Part shown: positions 10,613 to 23,879 of the stretch, one piece after another
How positions within the stretch are numbered: the stretch's first letter is position 1
How the letters are laid out: every line of letters starts with the position of its first letter
DNA from: Octopus vulgaris
Taxonomy: Eukaryota
Reading direction: 5' to 3'
DNA length: 64,000 bases
Assembly: GCA_951406725.2 (NCBI GenBank)
Contig: OX597819.1
Coordinates: forward strand, 73,160,001-73,224,000
Notes under the pieces: model-generated
Told to the model about the DNA's origin: nothing
Seen by the model: only the letters and a program-made list of their open reading frames with translations
Database searches by the model: none
Program-made: the position numbers and the translations under genes

Positions 10613-13504
10613 ATATACATATATATACACATATATATATAACAATTTAGCAAGGTGTTAAACAGGATTTTATGATTCTTAAAAAACTTGGTTTTATTAA
10701 TGAAGTGAAAACAGCTGTAATTTATGAGACGTGTCATTTGTTTGTATAAAATAATTAAATTGAATTGAATTCCTAATTGTTAAATTTATTGTTTTGGTTT
10801 CCATTTCTTATTTATATATACACATATATATATATTTATGTGTGAGTGTGTCTTTGTGTCTGTGTTTGTACCCCCATCACCACTTGACAACCGGTGTTGG
10901 TGTGTTTACGTCCTTGCAACTTAGCAATTCAGCAAAAGAGACTGATAGGATAAGTACTAAGCTTAAAAATTAAGTACTGGGGTTGATTCATTCGAATAAA
11001 AATTCTTCACGGTTGTGCCCCAGCATGGCTGCAGTCTAACGACTGAAACATGGAAACGATAAAAGATATACTTTCGATCTCTGCTCGTCTTCGAACATCA
11101 CTCTCACCCCATCCACATTCTCTTCACTCTGCTCTCCCCCCTTTTTTTATCACCTCCTCCCCAACACTTCCCTATTTGCTTTACCTTCCTCCACTCTGAT
11201 ATTCACTGTTGACCATGCATTCATTCCTGTTTGCTGTTCGATGCATCACCAATAGACCCCTTTTTCTTACCCCTAACCATCTTTTGCTCACTTCATACTC
11301 TTGCAAACTCACTTGTTTCTCTGTGTCACCCAGCACCCACCCGCTCACCCACCCACATGTTTTTTCCATCCCCATCTTCCTCACCTTCACCCTCTTATAT
11401 CTTTAATCTTCCATCTTTTACTTGTTTCAGTCATTAGACTGTAGCCATGCTGGGCCACCACCTCGAAGAATTTTACTCAAATAAATTGACCCCAGTACTT
11501 ATTAGTTGTAGTTTTGTAAAACCTGGTATTTATTCTATCAGTCTCTTAGGCCAAACCACTAAGTTACAGGGATGTAAACATACCAACACCGGTTGTTGAG
11601 TGGGGGTAGGGAACAAACACAGACAGAAAAACACACACACACACATGCAAACACGTGTGAGCACATGTATACACATATATCATACAATAAGCTTCTTTCA
11701 GTTTCTGTTTACCAAATCCACTCACATGGCTTTCATTGACCCAAGGTTATAGGAAAAGACATGTGCTCAAGGTGCCATACTGTGGGATTGACCCTAGAAC
11801 CATGAGGTTGTTAAGCTAACTTCTTACCATACAGCCACACCTACACAGCAAAAAGTAAAAAGAAAAAGAAATAAAGAACAATAATTAGGACTCTTTAGGG
11901 GTTTACGGAATGGAGAAGTAGATAGCCTCATCATGGTCATTTTATTGTCCACTTTTCCAAGTTTGTATGGGTCAGATGGAATTCATTGACACAGATTTTT
12001 TACAGTCAAATGTCCTTCCTGTGTCCAAGTAAAGTGATATTTCCCTGTGGCCAGACATGTTTTCACAGAAGATTCTTTCCTACTCTAGGCACAAGGCCCA
12101 AAATTTTTGGGGAGGGGGCCAGTTGATTAGATCGACTCCAGTACGCAACTGGTACTTAATTTATTGACCCCCAAAATGACGAAAGACAAAGCTGACCTCA
12201 GCGAAATTTGAACTCAGAACGTAAAGACTAATGAAATACTGCTAAGCATTTCGCCTGGCATGCTAACATTTCTACCAGCTTGCTGCAGAAGATTGAAAAA
12301 TGTGTGTGTGTGTGTGTACCAAATCTGCTCACAAAGCTTTAGTAACATAAGTGAACAAATAATTAAACATAAATAATGAAATTATATAAGCTGGATAAAG
12401 AAGATGCAATTTTGTCCACAATCATTATATTTTTCATTGATTTAACCTCAAGTGTTTACAACTATGAGAAAGTAACCACTAGAATATTTGCCCAGGAGAA
12501 GGCTTTCCAATAAAGGACATTGTATATTGTTTTAATAACAACATCATGTGTCAAAGACAACTAATTCTTTACAGACTGTGTTTTATGTCATTCTGATGAT
12601 TTCTAAAAAGAATGAAATGGTGCAATACATAATTAACCAAGACTAGAAATTTTAAGTATTTCATAATAGTTAGATATGTAAAAGATATTTTAATATGTAC
12701 ATTCTATGCAAGGTGGAAGAATTGTTAGCATGCCAGAAAAAAATGATTGGCTGCATTTCTTTCGACTTCAAGTTCTGAGTTCAAATGCCAGCAGGGTCAA
12801 CTTTGCTTTTTGTCCTTTCAGGGTTGATAAAATAAGTACCAGTTGAACTCTGTGTCAATGTAATCAACTTACCCCCTCCTCTGAAATTGGTAACCTTGTA
12901 CCAAAATTTGAAACCAACGAGTATATCCTATGCGCTTTCTTCCTTATTCCTTTATTTCAAATTCAATTTACCAATCCCACCAAATATTATGAAGAAGTGA
13001 TTATCTCACTTGTACTAACTGTCCACTAGGTGACTCCACCTTTGATTCTTCGATGACTACATGAATAATGGTTTCCACATAAATGCAAAAAAACTGCCAT
13101 TTTTCAGTCGAGTTTTGGAATTGAGAGCTTCACAGACTCTGTTCAACAGATATTTTCTTGCTGCTTCTGGTTGAATTACAAAAGCAATCATTTCCAAATG
13201 TGGCCATGTAACTCATTATGATTGATATGTTTCTCAATTCTGTTCGTCTACACCAAGTGTTGGCAAATTTCTTGTATCATTGACCCCTTCAAGGAATCAT
13301 TGATAATGTATCATCCACCCAATCATGTAAATTTCTAAAATTAAATTAAGACTAATAATTTGTGAAAAAATTCTTGATTTAAAAACTATAATTCTTTTGT
13401 CCTTTTTTCCCAATTCTAGTTTCTAAATAAGAAATATTTTAAGCAAAATTGAAAAAGAACAATAAAAATTCAGAGATATCATTATATTGATATAAAAAGT
13501 ACCA

Positions 13505-13978
13505 TTAGAGTGTGATCATCGCCAGTGCCACCTGACTGGCTCCCCTGCTGGTGCCACATAAAAGGCACTATTCATGCATGGTCAATATCAGTGCCAGTTG
13601 ACTGACTCCTGTGCCTGTGGCACATAAAAAGCACCATTCAAGTATGGTCTATGTCAGTGCTGGCTGACTGGCTCCCATGCTGGTGACACATTAAAATCGC
13701 CATTCAAGCATAGTCATTGCCAGTGTCACCTGACTGGCTCCTATTCAAGAGTGGTCAGTGCCAGTACAGCCTGACTGGCCTTCATGCCAGTGACACATAA
13801 AAAGCACCCACTACACTCACAGAGTTGTTGGTATTAGGAAGGGCATACAGCTGCAGAAACTTTGCCAGATCAGATTGGAGCCTGGTGTAGCCTTCTGGCT
13901 TGCTGGTCCTCAGTCAAACCGTCCAACCCATGCCAGCATGGAAAGCGGACATTAAACGATAATGATGATGATGATGAG
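13505..13978 (+). mobile_element. Family C SINE containing an internal ~64-bp minisatellite (4-5 units)
   Basis: repeated CAGTG..(C/G)TGACTGGCTCC..TG(C/G)TG(G/A)CACATAAAA.GCACCATTCAAG units at 13520-13810. Confidence 0.8.
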
Positions 13979-15204
13979 ATCTGATCAAAAAGTATCGGGG
14001 AGACTGGTGCCATAAAAAGGAAACTATATTACATATTAATTCAACATTTAATCTCCTTTGAAGCTGTGCCCTTCTGAAACCACACACTTCATCTAGTGCC
14101 ATTTCCAGCGAACATTCCTGGAACTCCTTTTTTGAGAAAGCAAGCAGCTACCTTTAGGCATTCTCTTACATTTCCTTGATATCTTCAAATCTGGTTGGGG
14201 GTCTTCCACTGCAAAGACTGAACCTTGGTTTTGAGGTCATAGCCATAGATCTAAAATTTGTCACCTGTTATGACCATTTTCAAAAAGTTTCCTTCTTCCC
14301 CTGACACAACCAGAAAGATCCTGCACAGCTGAATCCCTATCTTCTTTTTGAGACGACCACACTCTACACACTTCACTTCAAAGTACAGCCATAAACAACA
14401 GAAATGAGTGAGAGCATTATAACTTGTTATGCATGTGCAACAGAGTTCAAGGTCTTTCTGTGCCAAGTGGATTCACTCTACATACTTTAGCTCCGTTACC
14501 ATAGCAACAATCCTAATACTTTTTAGTTAGATCTCGGAGTCAGAATATTTAATGTGAGATATGAGTTTGATGAACAGTAGTTATTGCATCAGTTTCTGTC
14601 TGGAAATTAGTGAGTTTTAACCTTAAATTACCAATGTATTTCCAGTTTCTGTCCACTAATAATTCTTCCCCGTTAATATTCAAAAAATTTTCAGGTGTTT
14701 ATTGACCTCTAGCATAGCTCTATATATACCCTAGAGGTCAATACTGATCACATAGCCAAACCCAGGTCTACACAATTTTTTTTCTATTTTAGGTCTTTGT
14801 TAAGAAGTTGAAATACATTACCTGATTAAATGTGATAATGTCAGGTGCTGAAAGTTTCTTGAGAAATTCACATCCGGAAGGGAGGAGCCCAATCGAGTAT
14901 TTTTCTAAACATTTTATTCTTATATTTTAGTTTTGTTCTTATTTGGACTGATTTTGGAGTCTTTCTCTACCCATATTTTCTGTATGTGTATGCATAGAAT
15001 TAGATATACATATACCAGGGCCTATGAAAAGAAGAGGAGTACAGGGCCACATTGTACCCGAGGGCCCAGGAATTTCCTGAAACCTCAAAAAATGTTTGTA
15101 ATTATTGACGACTATAGAGTTCACAGAAGGGAGGGGGCCCCACCACCACGAAAGAAACTTCCTGTACCCCCTGATAAAATTCCTCTCAGATATTCTGACA
15201 TTTA

Positions 15205-15236
15205 CACACACACGTGTATGTGTGTATATGTGTATG

Positions 15237-15291
<55 letters not shown>

Positions 15292-15336
15292 ATATATATG
15301 TATATATCTACACACACACATACATATATATATATA

Positions 15337-15380
<44 letters not shown>
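15205..15380. repeat. Compound (TA)n/(TG)n/(CA)n microsatellite
   Basis: direct reading. Confidence 0.95.
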
Positions 15381-15382
<2 letters not shown>

Positions 15383-15799
15383 GATACACATTCTTTCTTT
15401 TCAACACAGGCTGTCAATCACACAACGAAAATCATACATATACAGATACATTCATACATACATTCCATATTATACTATACCACTAACACATATATATTCA
15501 CACGCACGCACACACATACAACGGCTCGTCGTACACCTACACACCGGCACTAGCTCACGTTATTATTATTTTTATCATTTTATTAATTCAATCTAAACTT
15601 CTACTACACATGCACTAACAACATTGACACGCCACATAAACTAGAACATAATGCATTACTCATACACACATACGCGCGCGCGCGCGCACGTATGTGAGAG
15701 TCATACACGAAGCTGTCGGCCCTTGAGTCACTTTTATAACTTTCTGCTGATTAATATGTACATATGAATTTATCTTATGTGTTCCACCAAACCTGTATA

Positions 15800-15973
15800 T
15801 AGCTCTATCTATCTGACTGTCTATCTACCATCTTTCTAGTTACCTCTCTATCTATCTATCTACCTCTATCCCTTTCTCTTTATCTATCTATCTACCATCT
15901 CTGTATTTACCTCTCTATCTGTCTACTTCTATCTCCCTATCTATATCTCTCTATCTGTCTCTAACTCTCGCTT

Positions 15974-16008
<35 letters not shown>

Positions 16009-16810
16009 TATCTAGCTAGCTAGCTAGCTAGCTTCGCACATGCATGCACGCACACACAGACATAGAATCACATATCCTCTTTATGCCTACATACCTTTCA
16101 AAGTCACGTACCATACACACGCGCGCGCAAGCTCTCTCTCTCTCTCTCTCTCACATACACACATACAGATCATATAAACACCACACACACACACACACAA
16201 ATTCACTGTTATAACCTTACAAACATGGACGCACCAACACACGTACACAGTTGCATTCACACAGCGACATCTAAAGAGGAAAAAGACAGGCAGACTTGGA
16301 CAGGACATTAACAAATTCACACACAGTCACACAAACAAATTTAACCAGAAGCACACACACACACACTCTCTCTCTCTCTCACAAAAAATACATACACACT
16401 CTCTTTCACACAAATATACACACTCTCACACAAGTACATACACACTTTCTCACACAAATACATACACACTCTCTTTCACACAAATATACACATTCTCACA
16501 CAAATACATACACACTTTCTCACACAAATACACACGCTCTCTCACAAATACACACACATACACTCTCCCTCACAAATACTCACACTCTCTCTCACACAAA
16601 TACATACAAGCAAACCGATACACACAATCAATTATACACGCACAACCAAACACAAAGACTTACACACAGACACACACACTGACTCATATGTGTGTATCTC
16701 ACAACATAAAAACACAGTCAGGTAAACAGACGCATTCTCGTTTAAACATACACACGCTCACGTGCACTCACACACGCTCACACACACCACACACACACAC
16801 ACACACATAC
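15800..16810. repeat. (TCTA)n, (TAGC)n and degenerate (CA)n-derived minisatellite block
   Basis: direct reading; CACAAATACA(T/C)ACACACTCTCT-like units at 16360-16620. Confidence 0.85.
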
Positions 16811-16849
16811 TGTAAATTTGAAGCAGGCTACGTTAAGGTCTGTAAGATT

Positions 16850-16863
16850 GTTGCTATGGAAAT
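16850..16863. promoter_or_regulatory. RFX X-box-like motif GTTGCTATGGAAAT in a CpG-retaining non-repeat island
   Basis: close match to the GTNRCN-ATGGNAAC X-box; surrounding 15.5-18 kb retains CpGs. Confidence 0.3.
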
Positions 16864-19800
16864 GTGAGGTTAATAGTCCATGCAAAGAATAAAAATCTTC
16901 TCAATATCCACAGGAAAATAAGCAAATTAAGTTTTCTCTCTCTGGTAAAGTCCTTTGGTGCAGCAGCAGCAGCAGATCGGTGGGGTCTGTTTGAGCAACG
17001 GAGGAGTTTTATGAATCATTGTAACTGGACCCCTCAAACTCATCTATCATTTCTACCCCACCCCGCGTGACGCCAGCCCTACCACCATGTTTACAGTCTC
17101 TTGCTGTGGTTGATGATGATGATGATGGGTGATGGAGCTTCATATGGTGACGTTTCTGATGGTGGTGATGGTGATGGTGATGGAGCTACGGATAAGATGA
17201 TAGAAATGGTGGTGGACCCTCAAAATGATCTATCGTTCTCCCCTCTCCTTGACGCCGCTACCACCGTCATGTACAATGGTTTAAGTCTCTTTGCTTGTGA
17301 TTGTTGATGATGGAGACTATGCTGATGTTGTTTCTGATGATGATGGTGGTGGTAGTGGTGTGATAGCAAGGTATGGTGGGTGAGATATACGTGCGTGTCA
17401 AATGTGTTGGTTGTAGTGGGGTGGTGACAGTGATATCGTGGTAGTGGGATGTTATAATCAAGATTTAAGTTGTTGTTAGTGACGACGACGACGATGGAGT
17501 TTGTTGGTTGTTGTTGTTGTTATTGTTACTCTTAGAGTGGTGGCGGAGACGTTAGCTACAAGAGTAATGGCAGAGATCGTGGTGGTGGTGGTGGTAGGCT
17601 GACTTCTTTTGAGCAGTGGTGTTTATAACCGTGACTGTCCCACGTTTTATAGGCTACAGAAGTCCTTTGTAAGGGCTACTTTATATAAATGTATCATTTT
17701 CTCACTCAATATGGCCGAGGGTAAGTTGAGGGTGATTTGGCTGTTATTTCTAACAAGTCGAGTGACTATTTGAGGTTCCCTCTTTGGGATTTGTATCGGT
17801 ACATAGAGTGGAACTGATAGTGGTGGTCTTGAAGGCGATGTGGTTGTTGTTGTTGTGGTGGTGGTGGTGGGGTGATGAAGGTAGGGACGGTAGTGAAGGT
17901 GTAGCGATGGTGGTGTTGGTGGTTGTGGTGATGGTGCAGTGGTTTTTAAAAACATCTTAATGAGCAGAGAAAAATATTGATGCTTAAGAGAGATAGCGTA
18001 TTGTTTCTTAGAGAAGTCTAGATTAAGAAGTGTTGTGTTGTGTGGTGTGGAGATTGGGAAGCGCCTGCAGGGATTGCAATATGTTCGTGTTTCAAGTAGA
18101 TTGTTGTTCAATAGCTCAAGATGGTGATTCACCCCAATCATCATCATCATCACCATCACCACCACCACCAGACAATTATCATTATCGTCAATCATTGCTG
18201 TTATTAACATCATCATCACTATTTAATGTCCACTTTTCCCAAACTGCATGGGTTAGACACAATTCATTGAAGTCGATTTTCAATGACTGGATACCCTTCC
18301 TGTCACCAACCCTTAACTGTTTCCAAGCTAGGTAACATTTCCCCTTGTCCAAATATGTTTTTTCAAGAAAGACTGGAAACGAACAACACTGTTTGTACGA
18401 TGGTAATACTTGTTTACAACCATCATTAAATGATGATGGTGATGATGAAAAATATAGAATTACAATATAGAATTCAGACGTGGTATCGTTAAACCATGAC
18501 CTCTTACAAGACACTGACCAATTCCATGTGTTGAAAATTTCTGAGTCAGAAGCCCATTCCTGAAATGATCCTATTTATGATAAAAGAAAGGATTTTAGTT
18601 TCCTCCCTTACAGTAAAGAGTTCCTTACTTCTTTCAAAATGAATGTAAACAAAATTAGTATGATTCTTGTGATACCATGCCTTTCAGGATTAGCTGACTG
18701 ATATAGTCCTATATGGAACTATGTTTTACAGAAACTTAAGATTGAAGATGTCACTGGAATGAAGTGTATTCAAGTGTCCATGAAGCTGGTACACTTTCCC
18801 TTGGTGACAATAAAAATAGAGAACATGCACTTTTGCAATTTTTTTCCTTAAAGACTATGAATAAAGGAGCAAATCCTTATCCAAAGGGGAACCAAATGTG
18901 AGCTAATCCCTGGTAGTTAAGTCAGGTGTGGTTAATAAAAGAATAAAGAAGGCAAAGGAGTTCAAATGTCCTCATTTCTAAGCATAAATTGCTACAAAGG
19001 CAAAGAAAAAATGAAGAGAGGTAGTTGCAGAGTTGTTAGATTGAGGAACAAGTCTTGAAAATAATTCAGATTTGGCAAATTCAGAACCAGACTGTAATTC
19101 TGAGTAAGATCAGATTCTGTATGGGCATTTGGATATAGAATCAAGAACATCATAATGCTTGTGTGACAATAATTACTGTCACAATTTAACATATGTCTTC
19201 CCTGCTGACTTGGACAGGACAATTCAACAGGATCCAATGAGCTGGAGAACTGTGCTAAACTCTAGTTCCTGCTTTGGGCTGGTTTCTACAGCTGGATGCC
19301 CCTCCTAACACCAATCACTTTACAGTGTATACAGGGTGCATTTTCATGGCACCAGCATTAGGGAAGATATCAAGAAACTTGCAAGACAAGACTCCTTGCA
19401 GAATAGTGGTAGAGAAGAGAGGAAAATGGATCTATGCCAGGTGTTGAGAGAAGGACAGGAACAGGTGTCGTACTGTACGGGAGATATATGGCTACCTGAG
19501 ATGAGAAGAGAGAAAAGAGATGGTGATATTGAGCTGTCAGGGAGTAGCCTCAAAGTACAAGAAGCTGAATAAAAGAGAGATCAAGAAGAGAGGATTGCAA
19601 AGAGCAGGTAAATAGGTTCATAAGAGTGTAAAAGGAAACTGGCAGAGGGTCAAAGATGGAGACAGAGGAGAATGAATATCAGTGAAAGAAATAGGAGTGG
19701 GGTGGAGGTGGAAGGAAATGATAAGTGGTGATAGCAAAAGGGAGTTATCAGGAGTAGGATAATAAAACTGTAGGTAGATGAAAAATAAGATGATGTGAAG

Positions 19801-20029
19801 TGTGGGAGTCAGAGAGGGGGGATGCCTAGTGAGAGAAAGAGGGAAGTCAGATGTATGCAGGGATGGATATCATCAATCTATCAATTAACATGACTGTCAG
19901 AGTTCTTTCATTACCATTTGCATCCTCATCAGAGACAGGATCTCATTACTCTATATCTGTCTTATCACAGAGCTAGGAACAAGAACAAGTTACGGATGAG
20001 TTCATCATCACCAAGATCCCTTAACTGAT

Positions 20030-20660
20030 GCAGCCAGTCTTGGGGTACCACTCTCGACACTTTCATAGTCAGCCATCACCACTGGTCTCTGTTCTTTTTG
20101 ATGCATAATAGATTCATTGCATTCTGACCTGTCCAGTCCTTGATGTTGTTAGACCAGGACCTTCCTCAACTGGGCCCAGAAGAATGGTTTTGGACAGGGA
20201 TTGTGATAGGAGATATATGACAGTGCCAGGCAAGGTTTCATCTTTTTACTTGCACAAGAAGTGGTTCCTGTCTGCTCCGCCTGACAAAGCTGTTTGTTTT
20301 GTGCTCTGTGTAGCTGCCTTCTGAAGCACTTGTGCACAAATGCCTGGATTCTTCACTCCATGTCAGCTGTATAATTCTAGCTCTCACACTAATGCAGAAA
20401 GATCAAAGTCACCAAGAGCTTGTACACTCTAAGTCTTGTTGCTTTTCCATATGGTGTTCAGCTTTGTCATGACAGCAAAGGCTAAACTGAATCTTGTTGT
20501 TATCTCCATTTGAGATCTGCTGTACTTGGTCAAAGTGGATCCTAGGCACTTGCAGGTGTCCACTTCATCAAGTCTCTCCCTGTTTAGCACGATGCTGGTT
20601 GCTGTGTTCTGGTTGTTACTATTAACCAGGATCTTGTTCTTCTCAGGGCTGATCTCCATC
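20030..20660 (-). mobile_element. Decayed RTE-like LINE fragment (a different family)
   Basis: MEISPEKNKILVNS..ERLDEVDTCKCLGSTLT..EITTR..AMTKLNTIWKS RT thumb region. Confidence 0.75.
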
Positions 20661-21330
20661 CCTTATGCTCCTGATAAGTATTTTTACAATTGACAATAAT
20701 GAAGTAGTTAATTAATTGATCAATTAATTAAGCAATTGATTACTTATTTGGTTAAGTAGTTGACTAACAATAAAAAAAAGAACCAATATATGTGTTTCTT
20801 ATTGGCAAAATGAAGAAGAAGAAAAAAAAATGGAGATTATGAACTTAATAAGAGTTTATTATTGACAACACTATGTGCAGGAGTGGCTGTGTGGTAAGTA
20901 GCTTGCTTACCAACCACATGGTTCCAGGTTCAGTCCCACTGCGTGGCATCTTGGGAAAGTGTCTTCTACTACAGCCTCGGGCTGACCAAAGCCTTGTGAG
21001 TGTATTTGGTAGACGGAAACTGAAAGAAGCCCATCGTGTATATGTATATATATGTTTGTGTGTCTGTGCTTGTCCCCCTAGCATTGCTTGACAACTGATA
21101 CTGGTGTGCTTATGTTTCCGTCACTTATAAGCATGTAAACAATGTGAGCCAATGGTTCTCAATTTCTTTGATTTTCGGTATATGCAGGTAACTAAATAAA
21201 GAATTAGTGAAACTTTTAACGCAGAAAGAAAATTCCCTTAAAGTTAAAAATGGTTAAAAAAATATAGAAATCTATTGGTTATCTTATTTTATTAACCCAT
21301 TTTCTACCTTATTTCTGCTGAAATACACTG

Positions 21331-21372
<42 letters not shown>

Positions 21373-23129
21373 TTAACATCTGTTTTCCATGCTGGCATGA
21401 GTTGGACGGTTCAACTGGGGTCTGGGAAGCCAGGAGGCTGCACCAGACCCCAATCTGATCAGGCAGTGTTTCTACAGCTGGATGCCCTTCCTAAAGCCAA
21501 CCACTCCAAGAGTATAGTGGGTGCTTTTATGTGCCATCGGCACAAGGGCCAGAGGAGCTAGTATCAACCACAATCAGATGGTGCTTTCTATGTGCCACTA
21601 GCATAGAAGCTAGTCAAATCAGCACTGGCATCAGCCACGTACGGTTGGTGCTTTTTATGTGCTACTAGCCAGGGGGTCACAACTACAATTTCCATTTGAT
21701 TTGATTTTGATATTGATGCTGATTTTGATATAGATGCTTTAAAACAGGAAGTTTGCATCATAGAACCAAAAGGGGTGGTCTGGGATGGATTGGTATCAAA
21801 AGGGTTAATACATTTGATTAAATCAAGGAAGAATAAGAACTATTATACATATAGGTACATGGATGACAGCATGGTAAGGAGTTTCCTTCCAAACCACATG
21901 GTTTCAGGATCAGTCCCACTGTGTGGCACTTGGGACAAGTGTCTTCTATTATAATCTCAGTCTCATGAGTGGATTTGGTGGATGGAAACAGAAGGAAGCC
22001 ATCAGTTTGTCTTTTTTTTTAAATTAATTTATTTTATTTACATAAAGGCTGTAAGTTAGTGATTAAAGACCATTAGAATACGCACCAGCCTTAGCAGTAA
22101 ATTACACATAAGTACCAGTAGTGATTCCTTCAGATAAAAACCTTCAAGGTGGTGTTCCAACATGGCTGCTGCAGTCAAATGGCTGAAACAAGTAAAAGAC
22201 AAAGCATACAAGATAGATTCTATGCATTTATAAATTGTTTTGTCCTTATTCTCTCTTCTACCTTGAACATATGTCCTGACACCTCATCATCACCACCTTT
22301 TTTCTCCCTTTCTTCCCAGAGTCACCTTATATCTCCTCAAAGCAAAACAACTATTCCTGTCCTTCTGTCAGTTTCTACCCTCTCAACACTTGGCACTTCC
22401 ACTCAGTCAGGGGCCCTTGACTTACAAGTTACTTAGTGACCTCACTACTTGGTGATACACTCTGTAAAGTGTTAGGTGTTATGAAGGGCATCCAGCCATA
22501 GAAACCATACCAAAGCAGAGAGTGGAGTTCAGTGCAATCTTCTTGTTCATTGGATTCTGCCAAACCATCCAACCCATGACAACATAGAACAAGGATTTTA
22601 AATAATAATGATGATGATGGTGGTGGTGGTGTTGTTGTTGTTGTTTTTGGTGGTGGTGGTGGTGGTGGTGATGATGATGATGATGATTCTATATATCAAC
22701 TATTTTCTTTTAATCAGTCTCTGCATTAAAAAAGAAGCAAAACAGAAAAGAAAAAGAAAAATCTAAAAGAAAGCTTCTACACTATAGTACCCACCATCAC
22801 CACCACCATCACCTCCAGTGGCACAGCCGTTGCTACTGCTGTTGCTACTACTACTACCATCACCACTGTCATCACCATTACCACCACCACTGCCACCACC
22901 ACCGCAATCACCACCAACACCACCATGGACAATACCACCACCACGGTTCTTATAATTTATTTAAATTTGTATTTTTTACAGAAGAAATATGAGATATTGA
23001 AAAACGTCATTGGTTTCTGCTGATGGATGCAAGATCAATTGTTTGAGTTAAAACAGCAAATACCAGAATCAAACTCCAGTTTTTTAATTTTTACATGCAC
23101 AGGCTGGTCCCATGAATGGCTTCACCATT

Positions 23130-23752
23130 ACACAGGGTGTCCCTGTAAAAATATACTCATTCTTTAAATAACAATAAATGCATTGTTTATTGACTTAGGA
23201 ACAAGATTAATGGCTAAATGCATAAACAGCTAAATGCATGTTTATGGATGTTTAAATTGATGGCCACGGCTTTCCAAATACAGCTGATAGCACGGACCAA
23301 TGAATCCAACAGTGTTATATATGCGTGGCAGCAGACTTTGGCTCCTCGTCTTTTACCACCAGAAAGAGTGGGAAGGGATTGTCAGAGAATTTCTATGACT
23401 TCACCAGCCCCAATTTCTGGCCCCCTAATTTCCCTGATCATAATCTCATGGATTACTATGTGTGGGGTACACCAGCTGCTCTGGCTGCAACAGGAAGACC
23501 AAGCTGGTGACCCAACACAAGGAAATGTATGAAGATCTTCCAAGGACATAGAGAGGAACACATGAACCAGGTTCCAGAGCCACTTTGAGGCCATGATGAA
23601 AGCTGAGAACAGCTAATTTAGATAAACTGTTATCACTCAGCCAAAATCTTGTTGCTATGTTTTGATTTTTAAAAATATTGTTATTTTTCGATGTGAAATT
23701 GTGTTTTCTTTTCCTTTCATGCAAACTGACAAATTCAGCCCAAACTCCTTGT
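23130..23752 (+). mobile_element. Tc1-like DNA transposon remnant
   Basis: FWPPNFPDHNLMDYYVWG matches the Tc1 WPxxSPDLNPxxxxW DDE motif; TA-CAGGGTGTCCC terminus at ~23130. Confidence 0.75.
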
Positions 23753-23809
23753 ATATATACACACATGCATACATACATACATACATGCATACATACATAC
23801 ATACATACA

Positions 23810-23879
<70 letters not shown>

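Noticed and set aside
14822-14904. Possible minus-strand micro-exon (TTTAG|...CAG|GTAATG)
   Set aside because: No polypyrimidine tract, no recognisable peptide, and adjacent to a probable MITE-like element
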